Positions 50,078-63,043 of a DNA stretch of 64,000 bases are shown here, piece by piece (positions within the stretch are counted from its first letter, which is position 1; each line of letters opens with the position of its first letter). The stretch is from Lama guanicoe (Eukaryota). Location: contig MU053799.1 in the NCBI GenBank assembly GCA_013239625.1, forward strand, positions 1-64,000. The letters run 5' to 3'. A model generated the notes under the pieces. It saw nothing but the letters and a program-made list of their open reading frames with translations, made no database searches and was not told the origin of the DNA. The position numbers and the translations under genes were made by a program.

Positions 50078-51700
50078 TTAACAGGGCTTTTTTGGAATTC
50101 TACTTTTAGATCTGGGGGGTGATGGTTCAGAATCAGATGTGCTCACAGTAACAGACGCCACTTCCACTGATCCTGGCTGAAGGGGTCCCAGTGACACTTG
50201 AATGACAACTTTTGTTTCAGGAGGCAATCCTTCTAGTTGCTTCGGTTTCTTAAACATTTGATGACACTGGGTCTTGTGCTCCATTTTCTCCTTGAAAGTT
50301 AAAAACTGTAGTCGGCATTTGGAACACTGGTGAATTATCTTTTCCCAGTGTCCTCTATAATGACACATGTATGGTGTTGCAGTTTTGAAAATTTTGAGAC
50401 AAAAAGGGCAAAGCAAATTCTTAGTGTTTTCATGGCATGTTCTGAAATGTGCTTCCACATCCACAAAGGCTGACGATCTGTAACTGCAAACCTGACACAC
50501 ATAGGGCATTTCGCCAGGCTTGTGATTGTCCTTCATGTGCTGTAAGAGAACCTGATCGGTTTCGAAGGACAATTCACAAATTTTACAGACCACAGAGGGC
50601 TCCTGGGCAGTGTGGACACTTTCAATGTGACACTGCAGCTGGAAGGGAGTAGGAAACTGGCGGTGACAGTGCTGGCAGGTGGTGTGGTTTTTCCAGCTGT
50701 CACCTTTCTGCTTCTCAAGTTCTAAATGGTGCTTCATGTGGTTCATAAACTTGACATTTTTTAGAACTTTCAAGCAGCTGGGGCATTTAAAGGTCGTGTG
50801 AGTCTTCTGTTCCGGCTGCCCGTCTCCAGTGTGCTGTCCGTAGTAAAAGTCATCAAGTAATACAATCAGATTTCCTTTCGTGGGCTCAACAATCTTGTTT
50901 TGACTTGCTAGGCTCAAAAAGTCTGTTTTTGGCAGTCCATTTTCCCTAAAAGGACTTACAGGCTTGCAATGGTCACTGTCCTTTGGAAAAGCTTCTCCAT
51001 TCTGAACATGGCTTAATGAGTCATGAACGTTGTTTGAGGATGTGCTTTGCTGAGTAGTCACTGTATGAAAGATACCTGAAGGGGACAAAGCTAAAGAATG
51101 TCCCCCTATGATTCCATCACTGAGTTTAGGCCTTTTGGGATTTGTGCTACTTGTTTCAGAAGTGGAAAGCTGCCCTGATACTCGAGGACTTTTATTCATA
51201 CCTCCTGCAGAAAGTGCTGTTCCTACTGGATGCTGCAATGAACTTGTGCATGCGATCAAAGGAGAATGTAACTCTAAAGAGCTATTAGGCACGACTTGTG
51301 GTGAATTATTTTTATAATCAGGTTTAGACAAAGGCTCAATAATAACAGGACTATCTGTTGATCTTGATTCAGAGTCAGAAACTGGCAAGACAGTCACTGC
51401 TTCTGATGTAGGTGTCACATGACTTACAGGCCGCAATTTCTTAGCATTATCTTTTCTGAAGTGACCGTATTTTTTTCTTCTTGAACATGAACCTGGGGTA
51501 ACTCTGTTCAATATGTTTGAAACGACTGGCTTTGAATTTGAAGTCATCCCAACAAAGATCAGCTCAGCATCTTCATTTACATGCTCCACCCCAACAAAGA
51601 TCAGCTCAGCATCTTCATCATCTACTGGTTTGGTTTCTTCTATGCTTTTCTGTGGTTCTGGCTCTTGTTCTTCCTCACACAACATACATGGTGGCTCCAT
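50078..51700 (-). CDS. ZNF280B: Zinc finger protein 280B (SUHW2), 540 aa, single coding exon
   Basis: N-terminal DDEDAELIFVGVEHVNEDAELIFVG, C2H2 fingers (CPSC..HMKHH, CQHC..HIESVH, CKIC..HMKDNH), C-terminal LEGLPPETKV; acceptor TTGTACTTAG| at 51771 upstream of the ATG; ZNF280B lies inside the IGL locus in human. Confidence 0.95.
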   Translation of the reverse strand: MEPPCMLCEEEQEPEPQKSIEETKPVDDEDAELIFVGVEHVNEDAELIFVGMTSNSKPVVSNILNRVTPGSCSRRKKYGHFRKDNAKKLRPVSHVTPTSEAVTVLPVSDSESRSTDSPVIIEPLSKPDYKNNSPQVVPNSSLELHSPLIACTSSLQHPVGTALSAGGMNKSPRVSGQLSTSETSSTNPKRPKLSDGIIGGHSLALSPSGIFHTVTTQQSTSSNNVHDSLSHVQNGEAFPKDSDHCKPVSPFRENGLPKTDFLSLASQNKIVEPTKGNLIVLLDDFYYGQHTGDGQPEQKTHTTFKCPSCLKVLKNVKFMNHMKHHLELEKQKGDSWKNHTTCQHCHRQFPTPFQLQCHIESVHTAQEPSVVCKICELSFETDQVLLQHMKDNHKPGEMPYVCQVCSYRSSAFVDVEAHFRTCHENTKNLLCPFCLKIFKTATPYMCHYRGHWEKIIHQCSKCRLQFLTFKEKMEHKTQCHQMFKKPKQLEGLPPETKVVIQVSLGPLQPGSVEVASVTVSTSDSEPSPPRSKSRIPKKPC

Positions 51701-53309
51701 TTTCTAAATTTTTTTTGTTCTTGAAAGGTGTGGCCACAAGTCCCGGTGCTTCCTTTATATAAACTGCCACCTAAGTACAAACACACTACACATCAGTTAA
51801 TTACAGAAAAATTCAGTATCTTATCTAATTTTCTCCAAAACTCTAGGGAGGTTATAAACATCCTTATTTTACAGGTAAGGACACTGAAAGTCAAAGAGGA
51901 TAAATGAAAACTTAAAACACATGATTACAAGTCTATGCAATTCTAGAATCACAGCTTTGCCATATGCAAATTAAGATCTCTTCTATTGGAAAAAAAAAAA
52001 AAAAGAAAGACACTCCAGCAACTAATGACTAGGCAAAATCATATGTGTAAAGGACAAATATTTTTACAAAGGCACCATTGCGTAGTGTTTAGAAACATGG
52101 GCTTTGGAGTCAGAGAAGATTAAGCTGGAGTTCTAAGTCAGCCACACACCAGTTGCATCTTCTTTGGCAAATTTACAACTTTTAAATGTGTTTCTGCATC
52201 TTAAAGACAAAAATTCTTTTTTCTTAGACTTAAGGTAACAGCTCTTTTTAAAAAGCATCACCTATTCAATGGTGGCATGTTTTGCAGTAGAATTGGAATA
52301 AAATTTATATTAAATGCACATATCTCAATTAAGTCACGCAAACTAATTTCATAAATATTAATATAGAAAAAAGCATCAAATTCAAAGAACAGAGTAGAAG
52401 TACCTACATATGGCCAACAAACAGTGTAACTCCATGTCAAGTGCTTAGCACAGGCCTAGCAAATTGAGAATGAACTCTCTTGATAATCTCAAGACTTAAT
52501 TATAATCCATTCACTGATGTCTACTAAATTTCTCCCTCTAATTCATCCTGACTTCCCCACTAAACTTAAATCCAACAGTGCTTTGTCCCTCACTCCACCT
52601 CTGACTCTTCTCCACATGGCAGGCAAAGTGATGCTATTCAAACAAATTAGATTATACCACTTCTCAGCTCAAACCCTCCGATGCCTTTCTGGTTCACTTA
52701 GTAAAATGTCACATCCTTCCAATGACTGTAAGACCACACTTCTAACCTTACATACTGTCCTGTTATTACCTCATACTCCCCTCCCCCATCTACTTCATTC
52801 TAACCACATTACCAATTTGCTATTTTTTAAAAACTAAACACTTTACCCTTCTTAGAGCCCTTGTATTTGCTGTTCCTCTAACATGAATGACCATCATTCA
52901 GATACCTCCATGGCTGGCCTCTCACAACCTTCAGGGCTCTATTCCAAGCCTCCTCCTCAGAGAGTTCTCAAATATTCCAGCTAACCTCTAATTCACATTC
53001 CCGATATCTCTTCCCTTCTCTTCCACCTTCAAGTCTTTAACGTCATCTAATATGTTATAAACATCATTTATCTTGATTATTTTCTATTGTCTATCCAGTA
53101 AAATGTTAACTCCAAGGGCAGGAATTGTCTTGTTGACTGCTGTATCATCAGCACAAAGTGCTTAGCACAGCACAGGAGCTCAACAAACACAGAATTTGTT
53201 AAATGAATTAATAAATAGTAACTCTCATTAACAAGAACCTCTATTTGTAGAGCAGATAGTGCTCCATTAATTTCATGTGTTCATCAATCTACTCTGAGAA
53301 CTCTGTCCG

Positions 53310-53595
53310 TGCCAGAATTCTTATGTTGAACCCCTACCCCCAAAGTGATGGTATTAGAAGACGGGGCCTTTGAGGGTAATTAGGTTTAGATAAGGTCATG
53401 AAGGCCCTCATGACTGAAAGAGTCATGCCAAGAAGAGGCATCACAGAGCCTACTTCTCCATCTCTCACAGCTCCCACAGGTGAGGACACAGCAGGAAGGT
53501 GGAATAACCAGCCTGGGGAACCAAATCAGCCACCACCTTAATCTTGGACTTTTACAGCCTTCAAAAGTATGGGGAATAAATGTCGATTGTTTAAA
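53310..53595 (+). mobile_element. MaLR MLT1-type LTR fragment
   Basis: ATGTTGAACCCCTACCCCCAAAGTGATGGTATTAG...CACCTTAATCTTGGACTT...AATAAA; similar to the element at 43500. Confidence 0.6.
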
Positions 53596-55779
53596 AAAAA
53601 ATAAACTAGGTTCCAATAACATTGCTGGATTTTCACCCAACTGATCTTAGAAGAATTTTTAGCTGTTGACCATACTGATTAACTTTTCATCCAAACTATC
53701 ATTCAAGATGAAAAGTTAAGAGTACAGAAAGAATCAGACATAAAGCAAATAAGTTAAGGAATGAGTTCATCTAGAACAACAGACCACAGGAATTTTCTTA
53801 TCACTTATCTGCTAGTATCCTTATTTTCTACCATTTACCAGAATCTTGAGATATCAGAGTGGGGAGGTTGGACATGTCAAGACCTACTAGATCTAAGGGA
53901 TGAGTCCTCAAAAATCACTCATATGTCCCACCTAGGAAGTGCCAAGGGCTGTGGGAGGAGCCAATGAGGTTTCACTCCAAAGAAAGCTGAAAGGACAGTG
54001 GGTGATGACCTATCTTCCAGGTTATCCTTGTGTGTTTAAACAATGGCCCTTTAAATGGGTTTTCTAACAGCCACACAGCAGCTTTTTCAAGCATCAGTCC
54101 CTCTTGAGTTAACCTCCTGAGATTATGCCACTAATACTCCTCTTAGTACCTACCCTCACCATCCTTCCTTGCCCCTGACTCTTGTCACCCCACTACTGCT
54201 CCTCTGAATTCTTGTCCCAACCCCCTTACTTTCTCCCTACCAGAGCATTCAAGTCCCTTCCCCAACAATCCTCCTTCCCTCTACTCCACTAACCCAACAC
54301 ACTTGCTGCCTTAGAATTTAATGCCCATTAAACACAGATCCATAGGGGAAACTGGAGCTTAACAGGATCCTTAACACTGCCGTAAACATCTGCATTCCAT
54401 CCCAGGGCAACTAAGCAAAACAAAAATGACTTTTTCATAAATATTTTTAACAATATTTTTTCCATAAATAAGCTCAAGAAGGTAAAGGAGTGTGGTCTAG
54501 GAGGGGAACAACTATTAAACCAGGATTGTTCTTTGTCCAAAAAAAAAAACAAGACTATCCGTACAGAATGGACTGAGAGAAAGGGTAAGGACTTACAGAA
54601 CGTCACCACAATCTGCACTCTTGCTACTGCCTCTCTGACCTCTTCTGTCTCTAGTCTAACAGTCATTCACTCCAGTCCAGCTTCTTTGCTGCTCCCTTCA
54701 GTCTCCACCTGAAATGCTTGTCTTGCAGATGCTACTTCTATCTCCTTCAAGTCCATGTCCAAACCTACCTATTCCAAGAGACTCACTCTGATCACTTTAT
54801 CTAAAATTATAACACTCCTACTTATCCAACATTCAATCCTATGACCCTGCTCTATGACATTCTTTCTAATTTCATAACATCACCTTGTATTTCACAAAAG
54901 AATGACGTATTTATTATATTGACTTTCTTCCTCCCCTGAATGTTAGTTTCTTCCACAGAAGAAGTTCTGTTCTGTTTTTCAGTTTGTTTATGTCTGTTTT
55001 GTTTACTGTTTTGTCTGATTTCTCCCAAGTGCCAAGCACACTCCTGGCATACAATAAGCACTCAAATATTCATTAAAGGAAAATAATTATCCAGAAGGAG
55101 ATAAAAATAATTCAGCAAATGAAGGTAGGGTGAGGAAAATGGTAGGAAATGCTCATACTTGCGAAATAATCAATTTTCTTCAAGTCCGGAGGGCTACTGA
55201 GGTGTACTGTTATAGCGAATGTGAGAGCCCTGCAATCCTGGGATTCAGGAGGATGACTGTGGCCAGGTCTCATCACGGGGACCAATAGTTTGTGGAAGCC
55301 TTTTCTCAGAACAGTGTGGCTAGAGTACTACATGGGATCTTCTCCCAGGTCAGAGAGAAATTCAGCCACTTTCCCTTTTCCTTCCTTTCCTCCCGAGAGC
55401 AGAGCAGCATTTTAGTCAGAAGAATCCACAAAGGAGATATGAGTAGGGTGGGAGTTCAACCTAAAAGTGGCCCATTAATTCAGAGGCAAGTTCTCTCCCT
55501 AACACTGAGAATTTGAAAAGGGTTTAGAAGTATCAGGTGACTGGTGAATGATTTAAAGAGAGGTTGTGGAGGACTACAAAAAAAGACAACTAAAAAAACC
55601 AAAAACCATGACAATGTCAATTTGTTAAATGCCAGCAACAAGGTGCTGTTAGAGGAAATAATGGAATAAGGAAACTACAATATCCATTCCTTCATAAAAA
55701 CAAAGAAAACACCAGCAAAAATTGTCAAAATCAAGTTTTTTAGATCCTGAAAATTAATCAAAGGCTTGTAAAAATCAAG

Positions 55780-58700
55780 ATTTTTGTGGAAAACAGTTTG
55801 GCAAGTCCTTAAAAAGTTAAACACAGAATTATCACATGACCACATAAGTCCACTTCTATGTATATACCCAGAAGAACTGAAAACAGGTACTCAAGTAAGT
55901 ATGTGTAATGTGCATGCATGTTTATGGCAGCACTATTCACAATAACCGAAAGGTGAAAATAACACAAATGCCCATCAATGGATGCAAGGATAAACTGGTA
56001 TACACACACCAGAACATTATCCAACCATAAAAGGTATGAAGGCACTCCCATGTTCACTGCAGGACTGCAGCTCTATTTACAACAGCCAAGAAATGGAAAC
56101 AACCTAAGTGACCAATGATAGATGAATGGGTAAAGAAAATGTGGTATATATACACGATGGACTATTTTATTCAGCCTTAAGAAAGAACGAAATCTTGCCA
56201 TTTGCAACAACATGAACACACCCTGAGGGCATTATGCTAAGTGAAATAAGGAAGAGAAAGACAAATACTGTATGATCTCACTTACATGTGGAACTTAAAC
56301 AAACAAACAAACAAATAAAAAAACAAGCTCATAGGGAGAACAGACTGGTGGCTGCCACAGGCAGGGGATTGGGGAAGTGGGCAAAATCAGTGAAGGGGAT
56401 CAAAAGGTCCAAAGTTCCAGCTATAAAATAAATAAATCATGGAGATGTCATGCACAACATGGTGACTATAATAATACTGTATCACATATTTGAAAATCAC
56501 CAAGAGTACATCTTAAAACCTCTCATCACATGCAAAAAATAAAAAATGTAACTACATATGGTGATAGATGTTAACTATACTTATTGTGGGGATCTTTTCA
56601 CAACACATACAAATACTGAATCATTGCACCTCAATAAAAAAGTTTTAAATTTACATTCAAGTAAAAAAGCAATGAAATATTGATATATGCTACCACCTGG
56701 ATAAACCCTGAAAACACGCAAAGTGAGCTAAAGAAGCAAGACAGAGAAGGTCACACATTGTATGATTTCATCTACAGGAAATATCCAGAGTAGATAAATC
56801 TACAGAATCTAGGCATAGACTAGTGGTTGCCAGCGTAAGGAAGAGGGGAAATGGAGAGAAACTGCTTAATAGGTAAAGAGTTTAACCCTGAAATGATGGG
56901 GATGTTTTGGAACTAGACAGAGGCAGATATGAAACATCGTGAACATTTCAAATGCCACTGAATTGTTCACTTAAAAATTATTGATTTATGTAAGCTTCAC
57001 CTCAATATATTATTTTTCAAAATAAAATATATTACTACCAACCACACAGAAAGGTAATACAAAAAACAATTAAGGAAATACTATGAACAATTCTACTCCA
57101 ACAAATTAGATAACCTAGATGAAATGGACAAATTCCTAGAAAGACACAAACTATCAAATTGACTCAAGGAAACAAAAACAAAAACAGAATATGAATAGAT
57201 CCAAAACAAGTAAAGACACTGAATTAGTAATCAAAAAAATTTCCAAAAGGGAAACCCAAGATCAGATGACTACCCTGGTTAATTCTATCAAAATGATTAA
57301 AGAAAAATTAACGCCAGCCCTTTATCAACTCTTCCAAAAACTAGAAGAGGAGAGAAAATGTTCCAGCTCATTCTATTAGGCCAGTACTACTCTGATACCA
57401 AAATCAGACAAAGACATCACATACACACAAAACTATAGACCAATATCCCTTATGAATATAGAGGCCAGATTCCTCAACAAAATACTAACAAACAAAATCT
57501 AACAACGTATTAAAAAAATTATACACCATGACCAGGTGAGATTTATGGAGGTATGGAAAGTTAGTTCATTCTACAAATATCAATAAATATTATACACTTT
57601 AATATAATAAAGGACAAAAAACATACCTGCCTGCAGAAAAAGCATTTGACTAAATGTAATACCTTTTCAAGACTGTGGGGAAAAACACTTAACAATTAGG
57701 AACAGAAGGAAAAAAATTTTTTTTCTTTCCTTCTTTTTTTTAATTTAATAGAGGTGCTAGGTATTGAACCCGGGACCTCACACATGCTAAGCATGCACTT
57801 AACCACTGAGCTATACTCCCACCCCTCCAGAAGGAAACTTTCTTAATCAAACAAAGCGTATTTGTAAAAGACTCACAGCTAGCATCACACTTATCTTGAA
57901 AGACTGGAAGCTTTTCCTCTAAGACTAGGTACAAGACAGGGATGTCTACTTCTACCACTCTGATTCAATATTATACTGGAAGTTCTATAATCAGTGCAAT
58001 CAGGCAAGAAAAAAGCAGTTTAAAAAAGAAAGGAGCATTTGGAATGAAAAGAAAGGAGTAAAACTATATTGGACATGACATGATTTTGTATATGTAAAAT
58101 GCTGAAGGATCAATAAAACAAGTACTAGAACTAATAACAAGGTTGCAGAATACACAATCAATGCAAAAAAATCAATTACATTTCTATACAGTGCTAATAA
58201 ATGTTCTGAAAATGAAATTAAGTAAACACTTACATTTACATTAACACTGAAAAGAATACAGGAATACAGTTAGCAAAAGAAATGCAAGACTTTTTAATAC
58301 TGAAAACACTGCATTATACTGAATACACTGTTAAAGCAATTAAAGAAGACTTAAATAAATCTAAGGACATTGCACACTCATGCGTCAGAAGATTCAGTAC
58401 TGTTAAAATGGCATGACTCTCACAATTGATCTGTCAAAATCTCAGCTAGCCTTCTCACAGAATTGAAACCCAAATGGAAAGGCAAGGAACACAGAAGAGC
58501 CAAAACATTCTTGAAAAAGAAAACTGAAACGTTCATACTTTTCTGATTTCAAAACTTACTACAAAGCTACAATAATCAAGTAATGTGGTACTGGCATAAG
58601 GATGGAAACAGAGCAATGGGACAGAATTCAGAGTCCAGAAAGAAATCCATGCATTAATGGTGAACTGATTTTCAGCAAGATGATCAAAACAATCTGTGGG

Positions 58701-59970
58701 GAACAGAGAAGTCTTTTCAACAAATGCTGATTGAACAACTGGAGATCCACAAGCAAAAGAATGAAGTTGGATCCCTGCTCACATCATATATAAAAAAAAA
58801 CTCGAAATCATTGTGGAACTAAACATAAGAGTTAAAACTAAAAAAATTATTTAAAGAAAATTGGAGTAAATGGTTTCTTAGAGAAGACACCAAAAAAAAA
58901 AAAAGACAAAGGAAAAAATTACAAAAATTTTTCAAATCAAGAATTTTTGTCCTTCAAAGGTCACCATCATGAAAGTAAAAAAGATAACCCACAGAATGAA
59001 AGAAAAACATTTTAAAATCATATGTGACTAGGAACACATAGGTATATGATACATATATATGTTTTAAGGGACAACACATGTATCATAAATAATAACATAT
59101 ATGTAAAGGAATATATAAAGATCTGTTATAACAGAATAAAAAGACAAACTCAAAAACAAAATGGGCAAAGGACATGAAAAGATATTTATCTAAACATGAT
59201 ATAAAATGACCAGCAAGCATATGAATAGATGTTCAACATACTAATCATCAGAGAAATGTGAATCTAAACCACAATAATAGATCACCTAACTCCCATTAGG
59301 ATGAGTATTGTCAAAAAAAAAAAAAAAGAGAGAAAGAAAAAGAAAAGAACAACTGTTGGCAAGCATGTGCAGAAAGTGGATCTTTGTATGCTACAGATGG
59401 ATTGTAAAATGGATCAACTACTATGGAAAAGAGTATAGAGGCTCCTTAAAAAATTAAGAACAGAGCCATATGATCCAGCAATTACACTTCTAGATATAAA
59501 TCCCAAAGAAATGAAAGTGGGGCCTTAAAGAGATATTTACACATCCATGCTCACAGCAGCACTATTTCAATAATCAAGAATTGGAAGCAATCTAAACATC
59601 CATCAACTGATGAATGATTTTTTAAAATGTAATATATACGTACAACAGAATGTTATTTAGCCATAAAAAAGGAAATGCTGCCACATGCTACAACATGCAT
59701 GATCCTTGAAGACATAATGCAAATGAAATAAGCCAGTCATAAAAAAGACAAATACCGTATGATTCCACTTATACGACATATCTAAAGTAGTTAAAGCAAT
59801 AGAAAAGAAAGAAAGGGGAAAAAAAAGAAAGAAAAAAAAGGAAGCAGAATGGTGGATACTAGGGCCTAGAGGGAGAGAGAAAAGAGGAGTTTGTTGTTTA
59901 ATGGGATGGGTATTGAGTTTCAGTTTTGTAAGATGAAAAGGTCTAGAGATCTATTTCAAAACAATGTGAC
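55780..59970 (+). mobile_element. Nested, degraded LINE-1 fragments in the ZNF280B intron (antisense to the gene)
   Basis: ORF2-like text (AAATTAGATAACCTAGATGAAATGGACAAATTCCTAGAA, AACTATAGACCAATATCCC, ACAAGACAGGGATGTC) plus several L1 3' ends. Confidence 0.85.
57713..57827 (-). mobile_element. tRNA-derived SINE (Vic-1-like) inserted in L1
   Basis: Reverse complement ...AGTATAGCTCAGTGGTTAAGTGCATGCTTAGCATGTGTGAGGTCCCGGGTTCAATACC; TSD CAGAAGGAAA at 57703-57712 and 57828-57837. Confidence 0.85.
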
Positions 59971-60439
59971 TATCCAAAGAGGAAATGAACTACTCTGATA
60001 AATGCTGCCAATTGATCAAATAAAATAAAAACTAAAAACCGACTACTGAGTTAAAAACTGTGGAATTTATCGGTGACCTTGACAAGAGTGGATTTAAAGG
60101 AAAACAGGAGAATTTAAAATAGCAAATATGGCCAACTCTGGAGACACTTTCCTGTAACAACAAGCAAATATCAAAAAAGCAGAGAGGGGATATGCCACCA
60201 AAAGATGGATTTTTAATGAGAGGTGACATCACAATAAGTCTGTTTGCTGATAGGAACAATCAGGAGAAACAGAAAAGTTAACCCAGGACTAAGAGATCTG
60301 CTAGAATGTCCTTGAACAAACAAGAACTAATTGGATCCAGTACACAAGGAGCAGTTCTGGCTTTAGTTTAAATTCAAATAATTCACTCATAGTAACAGAC
60401 CTCAGATCATAAGAAGGGGTGGAATGGTGGACACATGGG

Positions 60440-60945
60440 TATGGTAGCCAGCCTCCAAGATGTCCCCAAAAGAATCCCGCCTCCTGGTACTCACACTCTT
60501 CTGTGTTCCCTCCCCAGCACTATCACAACTGACCACTTCTGCTGACCACAGCACAAGTGATGGTATGTAACTTCTGAAGAACACTCTGCACTTCATCTTG
60601 GGTGCAGGTTCTCCCCAGAATGACTCGCTTAGGGGTGACAGGGGTAGGGGGAGCCAGCTGCCATGACATGAGCAGCCCCATGGAGAGGCCCACAGAGTGA
60701 GAAACTGAGGCCCCTTAGTAAGAGACAAGGGAGTGAGTTTAGATACTGATCATCCAACTAAAGTCAAGTCTTCAGAGACTGAGGATCCAGGCGAAAAGCC
60801 TGACTACAGCCTCAGGAGAGGCCCTGAGGCAAAACCACCCGGCTAAGCCACTCCTGGATTCTAGACCACGAGATAATAAACATTTGTTTTTTTCAAGCTA
60901 TGAAGTTTTGAGACGCCGTGTTACACAGTAACAGATAAGTAACTA
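60440..60945 (+). mobile_element. MaLR MLT1D-like LTR
   Basis: GCAGCCTCCAAGATG...AGCAGCCCCATGGAGAGGCCCAC...CACAGTAACAGATAAGTAA. Confidence 0.6.
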
Positions 60946-61101
60946 TGCTATGAGCTGCGATCAAAAGTTGCTGGGCACAGAGCTACCCACAATCGTGCCT
61001 ACTAGCATGAAATGAATTCAGATGGCCTCCCCTATCCAGTCACATTCAATTACTTCATGAAATAAGGCTCTTAAGGAAAAGGGTAAAGAAATGAACAAAC
61101 T

Positions 61102-61194
61102 GGGTCAGGGTACAGCACAGTGATGGAGCACCTGCTTAGCAAGCACCAGATCCTGGGTTCAATCCCCAGTACCTCCATTTAGAAGAACAGAACA
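61102..61194 (+). mobile_element. tRNA-derived SINE (Vic-1-like)
   Basis: GGGTACAGCACAGTG...CCTGGGTTCAATCCCCAGTACCTCC plus tail; TSD GAACAAACT at 61093-61101 and 61195-61203. Confidence 0.85.
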
Positions 61195-61620
61195 GAACAA
61201 ACTAATCCCACGTAATCACGTTTAACCAAAACACACCTACCCTAAGTGAACCACCGTATTATTTTAATACATTAGGTGAAAAGTTAAGATGTGTCTATCA
61301 ATCCCTTTTAGCCGCACAACCGGGTAAAAAGTCACCTTTGCACAGCTTAAAATCTAAGGCACTCTTACGCTCTTACTTTTTTTTTCCTTTCAAGACAGTG
61401 GGTGAAAAAATACCACCACCATTCCCCCCTCCCCCCTTTTTAAGGACGCAGTTTAGAAGGCTCCAGAATTATAAATCCATGGCTGGCCTGAATTCATCAT
61501 ACCCACTCGGGAGAACACTGTCTTAACAGCCAGGTCTTGGCCCAGGAGAGCACAAGAGAAAAACCGAAGGGACAAAAGACACAACGTTGGTCCTTATTAT
61601 AAAGACGGCTCTCGCCTTAC

Positions 61621-61679
61621 CTCAGGCGCGCGCTGGAGAACTTCTGAGCACCTGACACTTTCCAGGCAGCAGGCCACAC
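61621..61679 (-). other. ZNF280B: Probable non-coding 5' UTR exon of ZNF280B
   Basis: Minus strand: branch-like GACTCAC, pyrimidine tract, CCCTAAG| acceptor and GAG|GTAAGG donor. Confidence 0.55.
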
Positions 61680-61879
61680 CTTAGGGGCAACCAGAGAGGA
61701 GGAGCAGGTGAGTCACGCGTCCCGGGAATATTTTATACCCCGCCGCCTACCTATTCCGCCACCGGGATGTTTATCAAGCATCGCACGCTCGACCAGAGTA
61801 GACTTCAAGCTATGAAGCCTCCTTGGATTCCTCTCCCCAAAACCTGTTCCTCCAACCTTCCCTCTCTCAGTAAATAACC

Positions 61880-62680
61880 ACCCCCTATGCTCACTGCCCA
61901 CACCCAGAGCCCGGACACCGCGCGCCTGGGGGGCTCGGTCGGGGTGGGCGGGGGAAGACGCACAGGAACCAGGAAAACAGACGGCGCAGTGGCGAGGGAG
62001 AGGGGCCAGTAAACCGATTTTTAAGTGCTGCGACCGCCTCACAGCTCCGGGGCCTACGGATTCCAGAATTGGGCCGGGCTCGGGTCACAAAACTGCTGTG
62101 AGTTCTTGTCTCTGTTGTTTTAATGTATTAAGCGACACCAGAGGCCTCGGCGGGGCCGCAAGGCCCGACGGGGCCTTGTCTGAGGCCAGCTCCTCCCACA
62201 CCTGAGGGAGGGAGGCTGATGGGGAGCGGCGCCAGCCCACATTCGGGGAGGGAAGACATGAAAGGGTCTCAGGATCCGCGGGCCGCGGACTCCACGTTCC
62301 CTCCTGAGGGCCCGCCGCCCTGGACAGGCCGCCCCGGCGCTGCTAGGCCGGGCGCGGTATGGGGACCCGCGAAGCCCGCACCTCTCCCCTCGGGGGCCGA
62401 CCCGGCCGCTCCACGCCCACGTCCTTACCGGTTCCCGTCAGCAGCGGTGAGGGAGCGGCCGGCGCCGCTACCGGCCCCGAGGCGCTCCCCCGGCGAAGCC
62501 CGAGGCGACGACGCCTCCTCAGGCCCCGGGCGCCGCCGACGCCGCCGACGCCCCCGCCCGCGCGCCCGCTGCCACCTGTGATTGGCTGCCAGGTGCGGGC
62601 GCGAGGTCGGGCGCTGCGATCCGATTGGCCGCGAGGCCGGTTTGGGCGCATGCGCGCACTGACGCCCCTGGTGGCAACCG
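61880..62680 (-). promoter_or_regulatory. CpG-island promoter and first exon of ZNF280B
   Basis: CpG-dense; donor CCG|GTAAGG at 62429/62428 on the minus strand; CCAAT boxes (ATTGG at 62581 and 62624); NRF1-type GCGCATGCGC at 62646-62655. Confidence 0.75.
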
Positions 62681-62962
62681 CTGGGGGTGGAGTCAGACTG
62701 ATGAACTACCGGAGTCTCAAGGGTCTTGGGCTGTCAAGGTTTCTCAGCTGGCCCGGTTCAGGGCTGAGGGCGGGCTCCCAGCCCATCAGGAGTTTGCCCA
62801 CCTGCAGTCCAGCTCTCAGAACCCTCAGGTGAAGTCCCTTTCCCTTAAAAGCACTAGCTGCTGCCTGCCGCTTGCTTAAGGAACCTGACCCCACAACTGG
62901 GTCTTGAAGCCCTTCCTCTTGGATTTGCATTTGGGGTCAATCCAGTCCAGCCCGCCACGTGT

Positions 62963-62964
<2 letters not shown>

Positions 62965-63042
<78 letters not shown>
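62965..63042. repeat. (GT)39 perfect microsatellite
   Basis: Uninterrupted GT repeat of 78 nt. Confidence 0.97.

Positions 63043-63043
<1 letters not shown>

Noticed and set aside
55150..55500. Possible additional ZNF280B 5' UTR exon (donor CAA|GTATGA at 55159/55158 on the minus strand)
   Set aside because: Acceptor ambiguous; needs transcript data
61102..61176. tRNA gene, or RSS heptamer at 61116
   Set aside because: TSD and A-rich tail identify a SINE; no nonamer
62219..62832. GC-rich ORFs in the CpG island
   Set aside because: Stop-poor low-complexity frames typical of CpG islands
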